From Leptospiraceae bacterium (GTDB lineage Bacteria; Spirochaetota; Leptospiria; Leptospirales; Leptonemataceae), in assembly GCA_040217195.1 (NCBI GenBank), contig JAVJNR010000007.1, positions 64,001 to 128,000 on the forward strand: a stretch of 64,000 bases of DNA, read 5' to 3'. The translations under genes were made by a program, and so were the position numbers. The notes beneath the pieces are model-generated. The model worked only from the letters and a program-made list of their open reading frames with translations. It did no database searches and was not told where the DNA came from. Positions 60,885 through 64,000 of this stretch are shown piece by piece. The stretch's first letter is position 1, and each line of letters begins with the position of its first letter.

Positions 60885-61438
60885 GACAAAAGCTTCTGAT
60901 TGTTGCACTTGTATTTCCTATTCTAGGTCTGGGCCTTATCACTGGAATTCGCGCCTACAAAGCCAGTAGTGGTTATGAAATGAAATTCGATGTAAAAGGG
61001 TATGACCCCAGAGATTTGCTTTCCGGCCATTACGTACAATATCGCGTGGATTATGGTCCCATTGCAGAATGTGATGAACTTGAGGATACCATTCCGTTGA
61101 AGGAAAACGAAGAACCCTTGAATGCGAAAGAGAATAACTTAGAAACCTGTGTCTGTTATTCGGACCCCTCTGAACCTACCAGTGGATACTGGAAATCCTG
61201 TGATTCAGTAGAATCCTGTCCTGTGTTTATCCGTGGCAACTGCAAGTATGGTCGCTTTGAAGCAGGGATAGAAAAATTCTTCATCCCGGAAAATAAATCT
61301 AGATATTATGATTCTGTTCTTCGCACCCAGGGAGGAGAATTGACAGTGAAAATCGATTCGGGAGGTCAGGCTTCAATTGTGGATCTGATTCTCCCGATAA
61401 GCTTTGAGCAGTGGCAGTCAAGCAAGACGGGGCAATAA
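60881..61438 (+). CDS. GDYXXLXY-domain protein
   Basis: YDPRDLLSGHYVQYR, GIEKFFIPE. Confidence 0.85.
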   Translation: MRQKLLIVALVFPILGLGLITGIRAYKASSGYEMKFDVKGYDPRDLLSGHYVQYRVDYGPIAECDELEDTIPLKENEEPLNAKENNLETCVCYSDPSEPTSGYWKSCDSVESCPVFIRGNCKYGRFEAGIEKFFIPENKSRYYDSVLRTQGGELTVKIDSGGQASIVDLILPISFEQWQSSKTGQ

Positions 61439-61443
61439 TCCTT

Positions 61444-63999
61444 TCAGCTATTCGCCCTGGACATAGCTGTAAGGGCTTCCCTATGTGAAGGTTCCTGAAT
61501 AAGAATTTCCCGGGCAATTTGCTGGGCTCGAATTGAGTCTCCCTCATCGAGAAGCATCTTGAGCAGCAAAGTTAGATTGTCCGTACGATGGGGACTTCTA
61601 ATTCGCAGTCGTTCGCAGAGCTGGATGGCCTGCCGTCGATATTCCGATTTCTGTCCTATCAAGTTTGCAGATTCCAGAAAAAGTCCATCATGGGAGGGAT
61701 TATGGTTCACCGCTTCCAGAACGAGTTTCAAGGATTGCCCTGTGTCCTCGGCCCAGACCTGTTTCGCACGTTGCAGCTTTAAGGAGGCTTCTTTCTGACG
61801 GTCCGAAGAGGCGGGGAAGTGACCGGGAGGCGGATCTTCGCGAAACGCCACTCGAAGAATAGAAAGGTCATCTGTAAGCTCACCGGTCTTCAGAACCTCC
61901 TGCACAACCCCTTCCAGAGAACCAGATCCTCGTTCAACGGATGAAAGAAACAGTGTATGATCTTCATTCAATCGCAACTCGCCCGAATCACTGTCTGTAA
62001 TCATTAGATCGTCCCTTCCATCGGAACCAAGAAATAGAATGTCCCCGGATTCCATCAGGAAAGTTCGAAGATAGAACCCGGCATCAAAGCCATCCACACC
62101 CAGCTTACGCAGCATCAACCCTTCTTCCAGAAATCTTGCCTTACCCCCGGTGTAGGACACCGTCCAGGGATGCTCTGCATTTAACAACAGTAGAAAACCG
62201 GTCTCTTCTTCGAGTAAGCCAATAACTGCTGAGACAAGCATACTACCATCGAAACTACAAAATACATCCTGGAGTTCCTTGAAACAATCCTTGAGCCATC
62301 GCTCCGGACTGCGACTTGCAGCAAGGGGATCCATTCTAGTTCGGGTAACCAATGATTTGAACACTGTTCCTACCACGATAGCACCGCCAGCGCCCTGAAT
62401 GGATTTGCCCATAGCATCTGCATTGATAAAGGCAATGTATCTTTTTCCATTTAGATCCAGAGAATATGCGATGGACAGATCTCCTCCTATCTCCGAAGAC
62501 CTGTGCTTGAATTGGAACTGCTTTTTCTGCCTGGAGTAAGATTCCACATGGACCAGGGGAGAATCCACATGAACTCTTGCCAGCGGATGTAATAATAGAG
62601 ATGTCAGAAAATAGTCCCCATCCTGCTGAACCTTCAGACTACGAACCTGGTGCAGAGTTTCCTGGAGCTCTTCCGTTCTCTTCTCCACCTTGCCTTCCAG
62701 GGTTGTATTCAATTCTTCAACCTGCTCGTTGACTCGCACAAATCGGTTGGCCAGGATTAACCCAAGGCCAAGAACAAAAATTGAAAATGCAAACCCGGCC
62801 AGTCTGGGTAGATTCAGAATACCAACGTTAGTCAAAGAATCAGTAACCGCAGCACCCAGAAGAATAAAGACTCCGCCAATCATATAGTAGGCATCCCGGT
62901 CGCGCTTGATGATTCTATAGATTAAAATTCCCACTGCGCCAAGAACATAAGCCGGCCAGGCAAGAATCTTCTGATTGTAATGCACATTAACGGAGGACCA
63001 GAGAGCAGCACTATCGGAATAAAGTACAATTCCTATAAAGACGACAACGGAGATTCCGGGGATAAGCATCCCCAGATCCAGAGCGCGAGTCCATCTATTC
63101 CTGGGAAGCTCAAAGTATGTGCGAAAAAAATAGTAGAAGGAAGGTACCATGAGAAACAGAATCACATACTCGATTCTTTTCCAGAGTAAGAAATCATCCA
63201 GAACATCGTATTTTAATTGTGTGCGAAAGAACTGGTAGATTACGAGAAGGTAGCCGAACACCGCAAAGGATAGATTCTCCCTTTCCTTCTGTCGTCTCAA
63301 GAATAGGAATAGAAAATACGTGGCCACCGTGAAGTAGGCGATGAGAAAAGCCGCAGTGAAAAAATTGTAGGAATAAAATTGAGAATAGATAGTTTCGGCA
63401 GGGCCAATAGAAGTTTCATCAGGATACATTCCCCAGCGAAAATTCAGAGAATAGCCACGTACCTGTACCAGTAATAAATTTGTCCCACTCTTGAGCTTCG
63501 CTCCTTCAAAGCTATATATCCTGTCCCGATCGTAAGCCTGCGCTCTGGTGGCATCGAAATCGCCTGTGGACCCAATGGGAATTCCATTCAAAAAGGTTCT
63601 GTCCCGATCATCAATGGATCCCAGGGTTATTGCGAAGGCCCCCTCTGGCTCCCCGCTCACTTCGAAGCTACGACAGTACCATATCACGGGATGGGAGGGA
63701 TCGGTGGCCAGACCCTTGCCCGGAAGCTCCCGATTCCCTGTGGCTTTCTTGAATTCAACACCTGGATAAGCACTCTGACAGGACTCTGCGGATATTGTGG
63801 CCCGGGGATCCAGCGGCTCATCTGTGATCCACCAGGATTGGCTGTCAGAAGATTCCAGGCTCATAACCTTCTGCCCATGGAATGCTGGTTCTGCTATCAA
63901 ATTCTGGCTGCCGGAGAATATCAGAAGCATGAGAACCAGCAATACAGAAGAGCTGGCTCCGGAAGCCGCGCTACCAGTGGAGCCCGGGCTATCGATTGC
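61444..63999 (-). CDS. Membrane sensor PP2C/SpoIIE phosphatase (sugar-binding-like domain + 7TM + PP2C + TPR-like tail)
   Basis: WY, LGSIDDRD..FLNG..IG, seven TMs, GGD, DAMGKS, SDGRDD, DDLS. The frame is open to the window edge, so the start may be upstream of 63942. Confidence 0.88.
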   Translation of the reverse strand, partial: AIDSPGSTGSAASGASSSVLLVLMLLIFSGSQNLIAEPAFHGQKVMSLESSDSQSWWITDEPLDPRATISAESCQSAYPGVEFKKATGNRELPGKGLATDPSHPVIWYCRSFEVSGEPEGAFAITLGSIDDRDRTFLNGIPIGSTGDFDATRAQAYDRDRIYSFEGAKLKSGTNLLLVQVRGYSLNFRWGMYPDETSIGPAETIYSQFYSYNFFTAAFLIAYFTVATYFLFLFLRRQKERENLSFAVFGYLLVIYQFFRTQLKYDVLDDFLLWKRIEYVILFLMVPSFYYFFRTYFELPRNRWTRALDLGMLIPGISVVVFIGIVLYSDSAALWSSVNVHYNQKILAWPAYVLGAVGILIYRIIKRDRDAYYMIGGVFILLGAAVTDSLTNVGILNLPRLAGFAFSIFVLGLGLILANRFVRVNEQVEELNTTLEGKVEKRTEELQETLHQVRSLKVQQDGDYFLTSLLLHPLARVHVDSPLVHVESYSRQKKQFQFKHRSSEIGGDLSIAYSLDLNGKRYIAFINADAMGKSIQGAGGAIVVGTVFKSLVTRTRMDPLAASRSPERWLKDCFKELQDVFCSFDGSMLVSAVIGLLEEETGFLLLLNAEHPWTVSYTGGKARFLEEGLMLRKLGVDGFDAGFYLRTFLMESGDILFLGSDGRDDLMITDSDSGELRLNEDHTLFLSSVERGSGSLEGVVQEVLKTGELTDDLSILRVAFREDPPPGHFPASSDRQKEASLKLQRAKQVWAEDTGQSLKLVLEAVNHNPSHDGLFLESANLIGQKSEYRRQAIQLCERLRIRSPHRTDNLTLLLKMLLDEGDSIRAQQIAREILIQEPSHREALTAMSRANS

Positions 64000-64000
64000 G

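Overview
A 64-kb gene-dense, mid-GC chromosomal segment, most likely from a Leptospiraceae spirochaete. The assignment rests on a LipL21 homolog, a Sul-motif folP and a sensor-PP2C with a DAMGKS motif. About 58 CDSs cover envelope functions (LemA/TPM, MacAB/Lol-type and GldAFG-type ABC systems, LptE, muramidases, amidase, MBOAT), signalling (REC-PP2C, REC-GGDEF, Hpt, EAL, a Spy-OmpR-HK module) and housekeeping (prmC, tpiA, panC, engB, HMG-CoA lyase). I found no rRNA, tRNA, CRISPR array, phage or IS element. The most interesting region is 48.5-56.7 kb. There a P-II gene is followed by a single-pass protein, a Na+:solute symporter, a 40-aa membrane peptide missing from the ORF track, a carbamoyltransferase lacking the aspartate side-chain determinants, an N-carbamoyl-amino-acid hydrolase, a cysteine hydrolase and an AsnB-type amidotransferase. 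I infer a pathway that makes, imports and recycles a carbamoylated, amidated amino acid, for example the osmolyte N-carbamoyl-L-glutamine 1-amide. Other points of note are a chromosomal Sul-like dihydropteroate synthase, a degenerate CCA-adding-enzyme/HD protein and a 13-bp tandem repeat. All family calls come from motifs recognised by eye; no searches were run.
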